Assembly: GCA_963808975.1 (NCBI GenBank)
Contig: CAWEHR010000006.1
Coordinates: 222,394 to 286,393 of the forward strand
Reading direction: 5' to 3'
Source: an uncultured Gammaproteobacteria bacterium
GTDB lineage: Bacteria > Pseudomonadota > Gammaproteobacteria > Pseudomonadales > JAHEGP01
DNA length: 64,000 nucleotides
The position numbers and the translations under genes are program-made. Positions 39,929-49,234 of the stretch are shown here, piece after piece. The first letter of the stretch is position 1. Each line of letters begins with the position of its first letter. The notes under the pieces are model-generated. The model did not search any database, was not told where the DNA came from, and saw nothing but the letters and a program-made list of their open reading frames with translations.

Positions 39929-40112
39929 GCATTTCTGGCGGGCAGGCCGAGTATTTTCGAGCGGGACCCTGCGCCGGTTGGACCCGGTAGCCCGGCGGCC
40001 CGGCGGCCCGGCGCCCGAGCCTACATGGACGTATTCATCGGGGGGACGCCCAGTCCGCGTCCCGGGCAGAAATATCCGGACCCACCACTGCAGCAAAAGA
40101 ATGAACATACCT
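39929..40112 (+). repeat. Intergenic repeat family A, copy 1 (about 185 bp) with internal (CCCGGCGG)n
   Basis: Aligns by eye with 52985..53185: GCATTTCTGGC...GTATTTTCGAGCGGGACC.TGCGCCGGTTGGACCCGG-[GC microsatellite]-GAGCCTACATGGACGTATTCATCGGGGGACGCCCA.TCCGCGTCCCGGG...AAGAATGAACAT. Confidence 0.85.
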
Positions 40113-40285
40113 CTTGTTGAGCTATTGCCTCTAGAGTAAGTACCATTCGCCCTTAAGCGTCTTTACGCTGTTTAAAATAAATGGCAATGTAAGGTTTCAG
40201 AGGTTGGCATGGAGTCGATGCGTCACCATCTGCTTGGTGGTGTTGGGGGTGACGCGATGCCGGAGACGATTGGGGGAAAGTAACC

Positions 40286-42292
40286 ATGGATAAAATAATC
40301 GCGGCGACCCTGGCCGCGTCGCTCCTGCTTGCGCTGCCGGTGAGAGCTGGTGAATCGAAGGTGGCAGAGGAAGACCTCACGCCGATAACGGGTAAGTCGG
40401 TCAATTATTCACCCTGGGCTAAAGGTGGCGCGCGTAGCAAGGAAGAAATCGTCGGCCGCGAGGCCTATCTCGGTAGCGAAAGCGCCAGCACCAAGCACGC
40501 TTATTTTGGGGATACCCATGTCCATACCAGTTATTCGGCGGATGCAGCGTTTGTAGGTAATGTCCTGGGGCCGGATGTAGCTTACCGTTTTGCCAAAGGC
40601 GAAGAAGTGATGTCGTCCAATGGCACCCCCGCGAAGCTGAGCAGTCCATTGGACTTTATCGTGGTGGCCGACCACTCGGATAACCTTGGGCTGGGCCCGA
40701 TGGCGATTGCCGGCGATGAGGCCTTGAAGCAGAGCGAGTTTGGTCGCTTCGCCATTGAAAACATGCAGTCGGGCAATGGCGCTGCCGTGTTCGATGCCTG
40801 GCGTAAGTCCCGGGCCACGGTCGGCGACCCGTTGAAAGGGGATACGGAGTCTTTAGCGGCGGCCTGGAAGCACATAGTGGACACCGCTGAAAAACACAAC
40901 GACCCGGGCACCTTTACCGCCTTTATCGGTTACGAGTGGACGTCAGTGCCCAGGGGCAACAACCTGCATCGCAATGTTGTGTATCGCGGGGGCGCCGAGG
41001 GTGCAATCCAGGTTCTACCCTATACCAGCTATGAATCCGAGGACTCCGAGAAATTGTGGCAGTGGATGGCCGACTACGAGACAAAAACCGGCGACCGGGT
41101 ACTGGCGATTCCCCATAACGGTAACCTGTCCAACGGCTTGATGTTTGATGACGTTACTTTTACGACTCGCAAACCGATCGACAAAAGTTACGCTGAACGT
41201 CGCCAGCGGTGGGAGCCACTCTACGAAGCGACTCAAATGAAAGGCGATGCCGAGGCGCACCCGCTATTGTCGCCCAACGATGAGTTCGCCGATTTCGAGA
41301 CCTGGGATAAGAGCGGAATCAACTCTATCGAACCCAAAACTCCGGATATGCTGCCCCGGGAGTATGCCCGCAGCGCCCTCAAGCGGGGCCTGGCCTACGA
41401 AGCGGCACTGGGGGTAAATCCTTTCAAGTTTGGCATGGTGGGTTCCACCGATACCCACACCTCTATCATCGGCACGGAGGAGGATAACTATTTCGGCAAG
41501 GTGACGCCGCTTGAGCCGGCCAATTCCCTGGAGCGCTTCTGGGAGCCCGTGGCGGGCCGCAGACCGGCGAAAGATGGGTCCGACCTGAAGATCTATTCCT
41601 GGCAGGTAAGTTCCTCTGGCCTGGTTGGGGTTTGGGCCGAAGACAACACCCGCGAATCGTTGTGGGATGCGATGCAGCGCAAGGAAGTATTTGCCACCAC
41701 CGGTACCCGCATCCAGGTGCGTGTCTACGCCGGTTACGGGCTCGACGCTGCGGCCATGGAGCGCAGTGACTTTCCCGGTGCGGTGTTAAGCAAAGTGGTG
41801 CCGATGGGTGGGGACCTTGGAACTGCAAAAGCGGATAAGGCGCCCGGCTTTTACGTGCAGGCGATGCGCGATCCCATGGCGGCCAACCTTGACCGGATAC
41901 AGATGATCAAGGGTTGGCAGGATGACAAGGGCGAGTTGCAGGAGCGCATCTATGACATCGCTCTGGCCGACGGTCGCAAGATCGACGCCAATGGCCGTGC
42001 CATAAAGGCCGTGGGCAACACCGTCGATGTGGCGCAAGCCAGTTACACCAACACCATTGGCGATGCCACCCTGGCCGCCTACTGGGAGGACCCGGATTTC
42101 AGCCCTCAACAGCGCGCATTTTACTATGTGCGGGTACTGGAAATACCCACGCCGCGCTGGACCACTGTCGATGCGAAACTGTTCAAGCGCGAGATTCCTG
42201 AAGGAGCCCCAGCGAGCATCCAGGAGCGCGCCTACACGTCGCCAATCTGGTACAGTCCGCCGGCAACAGCCGGAGGAGCGTCACCTAATTAA
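40286..42292 (+). CDS. DUF3604-family protein, secreted, paralogue 2
   Basis: Signal peptide ..LPVRA|GE. GDTHVHTSYSADA, ADHSDN, IPHNGN, GSTDTHT, ERAYTSPIWY. Confidence 0.85.
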   Translation: MDKIIAATLAASLLLALPVRAGESKVAEEDLTPITGKSVNYSPWAKGGARSKEEIVGREAYLGSESASTKHAYFGDTHVHTSYSADAAFVGNVLGPDVAYRFAKGEEVMSSNGTPAKLSSPLDFIVVADHSDNLGLGPMAIAGDEALKQSEFGRFAIENMQSGNGAAVFDAWRKSRATVGDPLKGDTESLAAAWKHIVDTAEKHNDPGTFTAFIGYEWTSVPRGNNLHRNVVYRGGAEGAIQVLPYTSYESEDSEKLWQWMADYETKTGDRVLAIPHNGNLSNGLMFDDVTFTTRKPIDKSYAERRQRWEPLYEATQMKGDAEAHPLLSPNDEFADFETWDKSGINSIEPKTPDMLPREYARSALKRGLAYEAALGVNPFKFGMVGSTDTHTSIIGTEEDNYFGKVTPLEPANSLERFWEPVAGRRPAKDGSDLKIYSWQVSSSGLVGVWAEDNTRESLWDAMQRKEVFATTGTRIQVRVYAGYGLDAAAMERSDFPGAVLSKVVPMGGDLGTAKADKAPGFYVQAMRDPMAANLDRIQMIKGWQDDKGELQERIYDIALADGRKIDANGRAIKAVGNTVDVAQASYTNTIGDATLAAYWEDPDFSPQQRAFYYVRVLEIPTPRWTTVDAKLFKREIPEGAPASIQERAYTSPIWYSPPATAGGASPN

Positions 42293-42300
42293 TCAGAGGT

Positions 42301-42792
42301 GCCTTAAATGACACCACGCGCAATTCCATTACCGCCGGCGTACTGGCGCTCAACCAGAACCCGGCACAATGCGACAAATTGCGCGCGGATCAGGCCTTGA
42401 TCCCGGGCATGGTCGCGGAAATTATTCGCTGGCAGACGCCCCTGGCTCACATGCGTCGCACCGCCTCCCGGGGCACAATGTTGAACGGCAAGCAGATTCG
42501 CAAGGGCGACAAGGTGGTGATGTGGTACATCTCCGGCAATCGCGACGAATCTGTCATCGACAGGGCCGACGAGTTTATCATTGACCGTTCCAATCCCAGG
42601 CACCATATCGCCTTTGGTTTTGGCGTTCACCGTTGCATGGGATACAGGCTGGCTGAAATGCAGCTGCGGGTGTTGTGGGAGGAGATCATGCAGCGCTTCA
42701 GCATGGTCGAGGTGGTGGGCGAGCCGGAGCGAGTGCAATCCAACTTCTTTCGCGGATTCAAATCGCTGCCGGTGAGGGTCCACAGTGTTTAG
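42301..42792 (+). pseudogene. 3' remnant (about 160 codons) of a CYP153-type cytochrome P450
   Basis: Own translation upstream of ORF 42379: NDTTRNSITAGVLALNQNP (I-helix). Then EIIRWQTP (ExxR), FGFGVHRCMGYRLAE (haem Cys loop) and EPERVQSNFFRG. There is no N-terminal two-thirds. The fragment begins within 10 nt of the DUF3604 stop. Confidence 0.8.
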
Positions 42793-42821
42793 CCGGGGGC
42801 CGGGTGCGGTTGCACCGCCCA

Positions 42822-43523
42822 TTAGCCGGTTTTTCGCAATATCAGCCGATAAGCGGGGGGGAACAGGGTGACCGGTAGCAGCCCCGAGAAGAATCGCTGC
42901 TGCAGTTTGAAAGCCTGCTGCAACTGCGCAAAGCCCTCTCGCTGCAGCGTGGATGGATCGAGGTAAGGCGCGGGAAATATCCTGATATCGCCGCCGGGTT
43001 TGAGTACCCGCTCGAACTCCCCGAAGATTGCCTCCAGCGCGGCCTCGTCATCTATCCAGATAAAAAGCAGATAACAGGACAGTATCATGTCGACGGAGGC
43101 ATCCTCGAAGGGCAACTCGTGGGCCATCGTGCCGATGGCGCGCTCCATGCCGGGTGGTTGGGGGTTCATTTTCCCGCCACCGGTGGCGCGGATTTTCACC
43201 CGGTCGAACAAGCCCAGCTTGAACCCCTCAGCCAGTTTCGGGTCGATGCCGTAAAATTCGATGCCCGCCCGGTGGCAGGCCTGGAACATCGAGTTCTCGA
43301 CGTAGGGAGTCAAACCACAACCAACATCAAGGATGCGTTTGCCCTGGAGCTGGCGCAGCACCGAGGCTTCCGTGCGGCCATCGAAAAACAGTTTGCGGTA
43401 ATAGGCAAATGATCGACCGGTGCTGATAACGGGTAACGACAGGCGGTGATACGCTGTCGTAACCCCTTTGGCGGCCCCGAAAGTGGCGGCCGCGAGGGCC
43501 TTCTCTTTTCTGCTGGTTTTCAT
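42822..43523 (-). CDS. Class I SAM-dependent methyltransferase
   Basis: Motif I ILDVGCGLTPY; post-I and motif II-like segments. 233 aa. Confidence 0.75.
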   Translation of the reverse strand: MKTSRKEKALAAATFGAAKGVTTAYHRLSLPVISTGRSFAYYRKLFFDGRTEASVLRQLQGKRILDVGCGLTPYVENSMFQACHRAGIEFYGIDPKLAEGFKLGLFDRVKIRATGGGKMNPQPPGMERAIGTMAHELPFEDASVDMILSCYLLFIWIDDEAALEAIFGEFERVLKPGGDIRIFPAPYLDPSTLQREGFAQLQQAFKLQQRFFSGLLPVTLFPPAYRLILRKTG

Positions 43524-43940
43524 GATACTCGCGGTCCTGTGGTTGATAGGTCTGGCCGGAGCCCGGCTTTGCGGCTAGTCCATAAAACGCGTTGCCCCGC
43601 CCGGGCGCCACCTGTCAGAAGCCCTCATTTGCGGGTAAGCCTCAGCGTCTATTGCGTGGCTGGAAGCAGGATAACACGGCAGATGCGCCGCACGGTGAGA
43701 TTGCGGTATGCCAGCAGCTGCGCCGGCATCGGGATCCCATCAACGCCCGCCGCCATGTCCGCTGGCAATATGGCCCAGCTACCTCGGTGCCGGCTTTATG
43801 CTGGGTCGCTACGAAGAGGAGTACGAGTGTCAGGGCGGCGTGTGGATGTGGCGTAAGATCGTCGCATTGTTCGATGTGCAAAACGAATTTGCCACCAACG
43901 GGAGCCGCGTGAAACAGCGCTTCAAAAAATCGTTAGGGGA

Positions 43941-45068
43941 TCAGGCTTGTGGCCCGTTGTGCCCCGCTTCGTCATCGGCGAAATCCCGCCTCGCAACGGC
44001 ATCGTCGGGTTCGTTGCTGTACAAACTGCTGCTCAGGTAAAACTCGTGGGCATGGCGCAGCAGCACGGTAATGACCGCGGCCACGGGCAGGGCGATGAGC
44101 ACGCCCACCAGGCCAAACAACTGCCCGCCGGCCATCACGGCAAAGATTACCGCCACCGGGTGCAGGCCAATGCGGTCACCCACCAACAGCGGCGTAAGCA
44201 CCATCGACTCCAGAGCCTGGCCGATGCCAAACACCACCAGCACCCATACCACGGGCATCAATTCCTGATATTGCATCAACGCTGCCAGCACCCCCGACCC
44301 GATACCGATGATCGCACCGAGATAGGGGACGAAACTGACGGCGCCCGCCGTTATGCCTATCAGTAGCGCCAGGTCGAGCCCGACGAGAGAGAGCGCCAGG
44401 CTGAAGTACACCATCTGGGCCAGCATGACCAGTAGCTGACCGCGCAGGAACTGCGACAGCACCTCGTCGACCTCGTGGGCAAGCGCCGCAATTTTGGGTT
44501 CGAACTGGCGCGGTATCAGTTGATTGATTTTGGCCAGCAACAGGTCCCAGTCGCGCAGCAGGTAGAACGTAACTACCGGTACAATAGTCGCAAAGGCAAT
44601 CCAGCTCAGCATCACCTGGGTGGAACTGCCGAGCCAGCCCGCCAGTACCCCTACCACGCCTCCCAACTGGTTCCAGTGTTTGGCAGCGGCGGCGGTGAGG
44701 GTGCTGACATTGACGGTCGGTACAGTCAGTCCCGACACCGACTCAAGGAACGGGACCATCTCGGTGTTGATCCAGTCGCCGAGCTGGGGAATGGAGCGGA
44801 TCACTATGCGGATCTGGCTTTCGATCAGCGGCGCTGCCACCAGCAGGCAGAGCAGGCCCAGCGAGGTCATGGTCAGGAACACGATGATCACGCCGAGGGT
44901 GCGGCTCATGCCCCGGCGGTGCAGTCGGTCCACCAGCGGGTCGCCCAGGTAGGACAGGAACGCGGCAATCAGGAATGGCGCCAGAATCGGTGACAGCAGA
45001 TACACCAGCGCGGCGAAGCCGATAATGATCGCCAGGTAGATTCGGTTGTTGCGTTTACTGAGCGGCAT
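43941..45068 (-). CDS. AI-2E (PerM/UPF0118) family transporter
   Basis: 375 aa, about 8 TM. Conserved C-terminal ...LVGDRIGLHPVAVIFAVMAGGQLFG. Confidence 0.85.
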   Translation of the reverse strand: MPLSKRNNRIYLAIIIGFAALVYLLSPILAPFLIAAFLSYLGDPLVDRLHRRGMSRTLGVIIVFLTMTSLGLLCLLVAAPLIESQIRIVIRSIPQLGDWINTEMVPFLESVSGLTVPTVNVSTLTAAAAKHWNQLGGVVGVLAGWLGSSTQVMLSWIAFATIVPVVTFYLLRDWDLLLAKINQLIPRQFEPKIAALAHEVDEVLSQFLRGQLLVMLAQMVYFSLALSLVGLDLALLIGITAGAVSFVPYLGAIIGIGSGVLAALMQYQELMPVVWVLVVFGIGQALESMVLTPLLVGDRIGLHPVAVIFAVMAGGQLFGLVGVLIALPVAAVITVLLRHAHEFYLSSSLYSNEPDDAVARRDFADDEAGHNGPQA

Positions 45069-45357
45069 TTTTGGTATCCATTATCCAGCGCATTCCAGAT
45101 CCGCAGCGGTCTCGGCGAGGGAACGGTAGTGCAGGGGAACCCCACCCATGGGCTTGACTCCAGATTGATGTCTGGCAATCTTGCTTGCTCCCGGGTCAAG
45201 GGTAACAGAAGCGCTGGAGGGGTAATAGACTGCTGTAGAACTGCCAGCGGCAACCGCTGCCGGCTCGAACGGGCCCCGCTGTAATGCCACTGGAGAAAGC
45301 CTGCCGGCGCAGAAATAATCTCTCCGTTCCCATTATGGGGCAGGGTACAATAACGTC

Positions 45358-46539
45358 ATGAAAAAACTGGCCTCCCGATTCTACAAGCACGTGATCAACC
45401 CGCCCTCCGACGAGGAGTTGAAGCGCGCCTGGCAGCAATCCAACGTCGGGCTGCCGGTCATCTGGCTGTTGGGAAAGACCGGTGCCGGTAAATCGTCGAT
45501 CGTTCAGCAACTGACGGGCCAGACCCAGGCCGAGGTCGGCAATGGTTTTATGCCCTGCACCCAAAACTCCAGCTATTTCGACTACCCACCGCAGTATCCG
45601 ATTTTGCGCTTTCTGGACACCCGGGGACTGGGCGAGGCAGATTACAACGCCGATGAGGATCTCGACAGCCTCAGTCATCGCAGTCATGCCCTGCTGGTAG
45701 TGATGCGCTTGCGCGACGCGGAGCAGAGCGCGGTGCACAGCGCCTTGAAAAAGATCCGCAAGTCCTCCCGTCATATCGGCAGCAGTGCCATAGTGGTGGT
45801 CCATACCGGTGCCGATGAATTCAGCGACCAACACGATCGCCTGCGCGCCCTGCAGGCCCAGCAGACAGCACTGGAGCAAGTCTGGGGCGATCCGGTGGAT
45901 TCCTGTATGGTCGACTTCGGTGAGCGCGACGATGGTTACGGATTGCGCGATGAGGGCGCCGGGCAATTGCGGGAGCTGATTGGCAGCAAGGTGCCTGAGC
46001 TGAGCCTGTGGTTGCAGAAGAGCGTCCACCACGATGCCGAACAGAGCAATTTCGAACGCCTCAAGACCGAGGTGTTATGGTACGCCGGTAGCGCAGCGGC
46101 GAGTGACGCCATCCCCGTGGTCGGTCTGCTGAGCGTGCCGGCTATCCAGGGCAAGATGCTGCATAGCCTGGCGCAAAAATATGATATCGAGTGGAGCCGC
46201 CGCAATTTCTCCGAGTTCACCGCGGCCATGGGCACCAGCTTCGCGCTGCGCTATGCCACCAGCCTCGGGGCTCGCCAATTGGCGAAGCTGGTGCCGGGGT
46301 TCGGCCAGGTGGTGGGCGGTGCTTTTGCAGTAACGGTGAGTTATGCCAGTACCTACGCCCTGGGCCGCGCCGCCTGCAGTTACCTGTATCACAAGAAAAC
46401 TGACATACCACTTGGAGAGGACACACTGCAGGCGGTTTACCGCGAGGCCATGGAGCAGGGTCGCGAGGCGGGCAAGGATGTGCTCAACGCAAGAGAGCAG
46501 GGCGGTGGCGACCACCCGGCCCCCGGTGGAAAGGCATGA
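45358..46539 (+). CDS. P-loop GTPase fused to a DUF697/YcjF-like membrane-hairpin domain
   Basis: G1 GKTGAGKSS (about 45472-45498), G3 DTRGLG. C-terminal SDAIPVVGLLSVPAIQGKMLHSLAQKYD...GFGQVVGGAFAVTVSYASTYALG resembles DUF697. Confidence 0.7.
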   Translation: MKKLASRFYKHVINPPSDEELKRAWQQSNVGLPVIWLLGKTGAGKSSIVQQLTGQTQAEVGNGFMPCTQNSSYFDYPPQYPILRFLDTRGLGEADYNADEDLDSLSHRSHALLVVMRLRDAEQSAVHSALKKIRKSSRHIGSSAIVVVHTGADEFSDQHDRLRALQAQQTALEQVWGDPVDSCMVDFGERDDGYGLRDEGAGQLRELIGSKVPELSLWLQKSVHHDAEQSNFERLKTEVLWYAGSAAASDAIPVVGLLSVPAIQGKMLHSLAQKYDIEWSRRNFSEFTAAMGTSFALRYATSLGARQLAKLVPGFGQVVGGAFAVTVSYASTYALGRAACSYLYHKKTDIPLGEDTLQAVYREAMEQGREAGKDVLNAREQGGGDHPAPGGKA

Positions 46540-48113
46540 TCGGCTCGCTGCGGCAGATGTTGGACAAGCTGTTGCGGGAACGCTCCGCCGAGTTTTACCT
46601 GGCCGGCGTGCTGCTGTGGCTATTGCCCGGCCTGGCCTTGATGTTGATCGGGCTCGCCTATTTGTGGCAGGCGGGTTGGTTCTGGTGGTTCAGCGGCGCT
46701 ATGTTGTTGCTGGCGCTGTTGTCATGGGGTGTGCGTCGAACGATGGCACAGCCCGCTGCGCGGCCCGTGGAGCCCATGCAGCACCTGCAGCCACCGCCCG
46801 AGTGGTCGGAGCACGACAAGGGCGTGTGGCGCACCTGCCTCGAGCAGATCGGCGAGGCGCAGCTGGCGACATTACCCTGGGATGAAATCCCGCGGGCCAT
46901 GCTCGACCACCTCACCTACGTGGCCCGGGTCTACCATGGCGGGGAGAAGGATGCCGAATACGCCTTCAGCATCCCCGAGCTGCTGTTGATGCTCGAAACC
47001 TGGAGCCGGGAATACCGGGCCGATGTCATCGAACATATGCCGCTGGCGCACAATCTCAAGATTTCCACCCTGCGCAGTTTGTCCCGCAATACCGGCACGG
47101 CGGTGAAGCTGTATGGCCACGTCTCGCCCCTGATCCGCGCGATAAAGATCGGTGTGAATCCGGTTACCGGTGTTGCCAGCGAGATCAGTTCGATGCTCGG
47201 CAATCGCTATATTAGCGAGCTCGGCCAGCATATGCAGGCCAATATGAAAGTGGTGTTGTTCGAGCAGGTTACCCAGGTCGGCATCGACCTCTACAGCGGC
47301 CGGCTGAAGTTTTCCGAGGAGGAGCTGGCGGCGCGGCGCAGGGCCGAGCAGGAGCCGCGGGCGGAAGAGATCAAGCCGCTCTCCATCATGGTGCTGGGCC
47401 AGGTCAATGCGGGCAAGTCATCGTTGGTGAACGCCCTCAAGCAGCAGTGTGTCGCCGGGGTCGACCCACTGCCCGCCACTTCCGGGTTTCACTATTATGC
47501 GATGACCCTGGCCAATGAGCTGGATGTGCACCTGATCGACTCCCCCGGCTTGGACGGTGACGAGGCCACGTCGAAACTGCTATTGCGGGAGGCGGTCAAG
47601 GCCGATCTGTTGCTCTGGGCCAGCCAGGCAAACCAACCCGCCAAAGCGCTCGACCAACAGTTTCTCGGGCTATGGAACGACTACTTTGCCGGCCATCTCG
47701 CACGCAAGAAACCGCCAATCGTACTGGTGACTACCCACAACGATCGGCTGCCGCCGACGGGCAGCTGGAATCCGCCCTACGATCTGGAGGACAGCAGTAA
47801 CAAAAAGGCCTGTTCGATAATGGCCGCCCTGCGCTACAGTCATCAGTCGATTGGCTTGTCGGCGCAGAGCATGGCCGTTCCGGTAGCGCTGCCACCGGAG
47901 TCCGTGCCCTGGAACCTGGATGTCCTGGAGCAACTGATGCAGCGCGCCAGTAGCGAGGCCCGCTCCGCTCAGCTAAACCGTCAGCGGCTGGACAGTGACA
48001 GCAGCGCCGCGATCATGAAAAAGGCCCTGCAGCAAACCGCGGGGTTGGTAAAGGTAGGGGTCAGGCTGGCGACCAGGAAATCCAGGGTCGGCAGTGCCGA
48101 TGGAGACGACTGA
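46536..48113 (+). CDS. Membrane-anchored P-loop GTPase (N-terminal TM hairpin, central helical region, C-terminal GTPase)
   Basis: Start overlaps the upstream stop (ATGA at 46536-46539). TM hairpin LAGVLLWLLPGLALMLIGLAYLW/WFWWFSGAMLLLALL. G1 GQVNAGKSS (about 47395-47421), G3 DSPGLDG, G4-like TTHND. Confidence 0.7.
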   Translation: MIGSLRQMLDKLLRERSAEFYLAGVLLWLLPGLALMLIGLAYLWQAGWFWWFSGAMLLLALLSWGVRRTMAQPAARPVEPMQHLQPPPEWSEHDKGVWRTCLEQIGEAQLATLPWDEIPRAMLDHLTYVARVYHGGEKDAEYAFSIPELLLMLETWSREYRADVIEHMPLAHNLKISTLRSLSRNTGTAVKLYGHVSPLIRAIKIGVNPVTGVASEISSMLGNRYISELGQHMQANMKVVLFEQVTQVGIDLYSGRLKFSEEELAARRRAEQEPRAEEIKPLSIMVLGQVNAGKSSLVNALKQQCVAGVDPLPATSGFHYYAMTLANELDVHLIDSPGLDGDEATSKLLLREAVKADLLLWASQANQPAKALDQQFLGLWNDYFAGHLARKKPPIVLVTTHNDRLPPTGSWNPPYDLEDSSNKKACSIMAALRYSHQSIGLSAQSMAVPVALPPESVPWNLDVLEQLMQRASSEARSAQLNRQRLDSDSSAAIMKKALQQTAGLVKVGVRLATRKSRVGSADGDD

Positions 48114-48284
48114 TGGCGCGGTCAATATCGGCGTCGCGTGGAAGGTGATGGACATGGCCGACGTGAAAATCTATCCTGCTCAGGCGGGAGCCTGCGGCGG
48201 CGCCATGCTTCCCACACTATCGGCTGGCCTCGATCAGGCCGTGCAGGTTGCAATGCCGACGACAACATATAATACGGCATACAG

Positions 48285-49220
48285 ATGAAGCAGACGGCAG
48301 CAAATGTCTTACCTTGGAGTCTGGTGGCGACAATTTGCGCCACCCTGGGTGTGGCAGTGCTATCCAGCCTTTGGCTGTTTGGGCCAGGGGTGGTGCCCGG
48401 CGCTGTTGCCGGGGTCATCATTGGCTTCATGGGCTCCATGATGGGTAACCGCTTGCTCGCTGCCGGCGCCGTTATCGCAGTGGGATTGGCGAGCTACCTG
48501 GATTTCGTCACATCACCTTGGGTCCACCTGGTCCTGACCCTACCGGTCATGTCGGCCCTGGTCGGTTGGGAAGCCGGCAAGGTCGGCTCGCGCTGTTTCG
48601 TATTTGCCCTGTTTGCCTGGATTATGCTGGACGCACGCGCCCAGCCCGTGGGTGACGGCTCCCTGGCGCTGGTTTTTTTACTCGCCTCGATGCTGGGTAT
48701 CGGTGTCGTCCTGCTGGCGGGTAAGGAATCAATCAGGCCCCAGACGCCGGGGGGAAGTTTTTATGGGTTCGCTGTGTTCGTGTCGCTTTGGTTCGGGCTG
48801 GCCGTCATCGCGTCTATCAGCTCACTGTTTGACGGCCCCTACACCTACTGGATGTCGTTGATGTTTGCCATGCGTTTTTTCGCGGCACCGGGCACCCACG
48901 TTGATGGCGCCCTGCGTTTTGCCGTGGGCACGGTGCTGGGCGCCACGGTGGCCGGCGCGCTCCTCGGCCTGCCGTTGCCCGGGCTGGTGTTTCAGGTGAC
49001 GGGGGTTGCCTCCATGCTCATGGGCCTGCGGCTGTTACCCGCGGAGAGTCCCCTGGCCGCAATGTTGATATCAGCGGGAGTTATCTTTGTGCTTACCCCA
49101 ACTGTCGATTCGGCCGTGTTCCGGCTCGAAGCCGCTGTGATTGCCACCGCACTGGCGGTGGCGCTCAGCTGGGTGATGGACCGGCTGGAGGAGGCACTGA
49201 GCGGGAGTCCTGTCAGTTGA
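48285..49220 (+). CDS. Polytopic inner-membrane protein (possibly FUSC-like), function unknown
   Basis: 311 aa, almost entirely hydrophobic helices. No motif I can name with confidence. Confidence 0.55.
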   Translation: MKQTAANVLPWSLVATICATLGVAVLSSLWLFGPGVVPGAVAGVIIGFMGSMMGNRLLAAGAVIAVGLASYLDFVTSPWVHLVLTLPVMSALVGWEAGKVGSRCFVFALFAWIMLDARAQPVGDGSLALVFLLASMLGIGVVLLAGKESIRPQTPGGSFYGFAVFVSLWFGLAVIASISSLFDGPYTYWMSLMFAMRFFAAPGTHVDGALRFAVGTVLGATVAGALLGLPLPGLVFQVTGVASMLMGLRLLPAESPLAAMLISAGVIFVLTPTVDSAVFRLEAAVIATALAVALSWVMDRLEEALSGSPVS

Positions 49221-49234
49221 GGTGAGAGACGCTT

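Noticed and set aside
39821-40108. 95-aa minus-strand ORF inside repeat A copy 1 (also ORF 53021..53440 across copy 2)
   Set aside because: The equivalent frame in the other repeat copy is closed after a few codons. The apparent PAAG/NYND repeats are only translations of DNA microsatellites.
42304-42822. 172-aa minus-strand ORF
   Set aside because: Lies antisense to the P450 remnant, whose frame carries near-verbatim CYP153 motifs.
45196-46032. 278-aa minus-strand ORF
   Set aside because: Lies antisense to the GTPase-DUF697 gene, which has clear Walker A and DxxG motifs. The ORF itself has no motifs.
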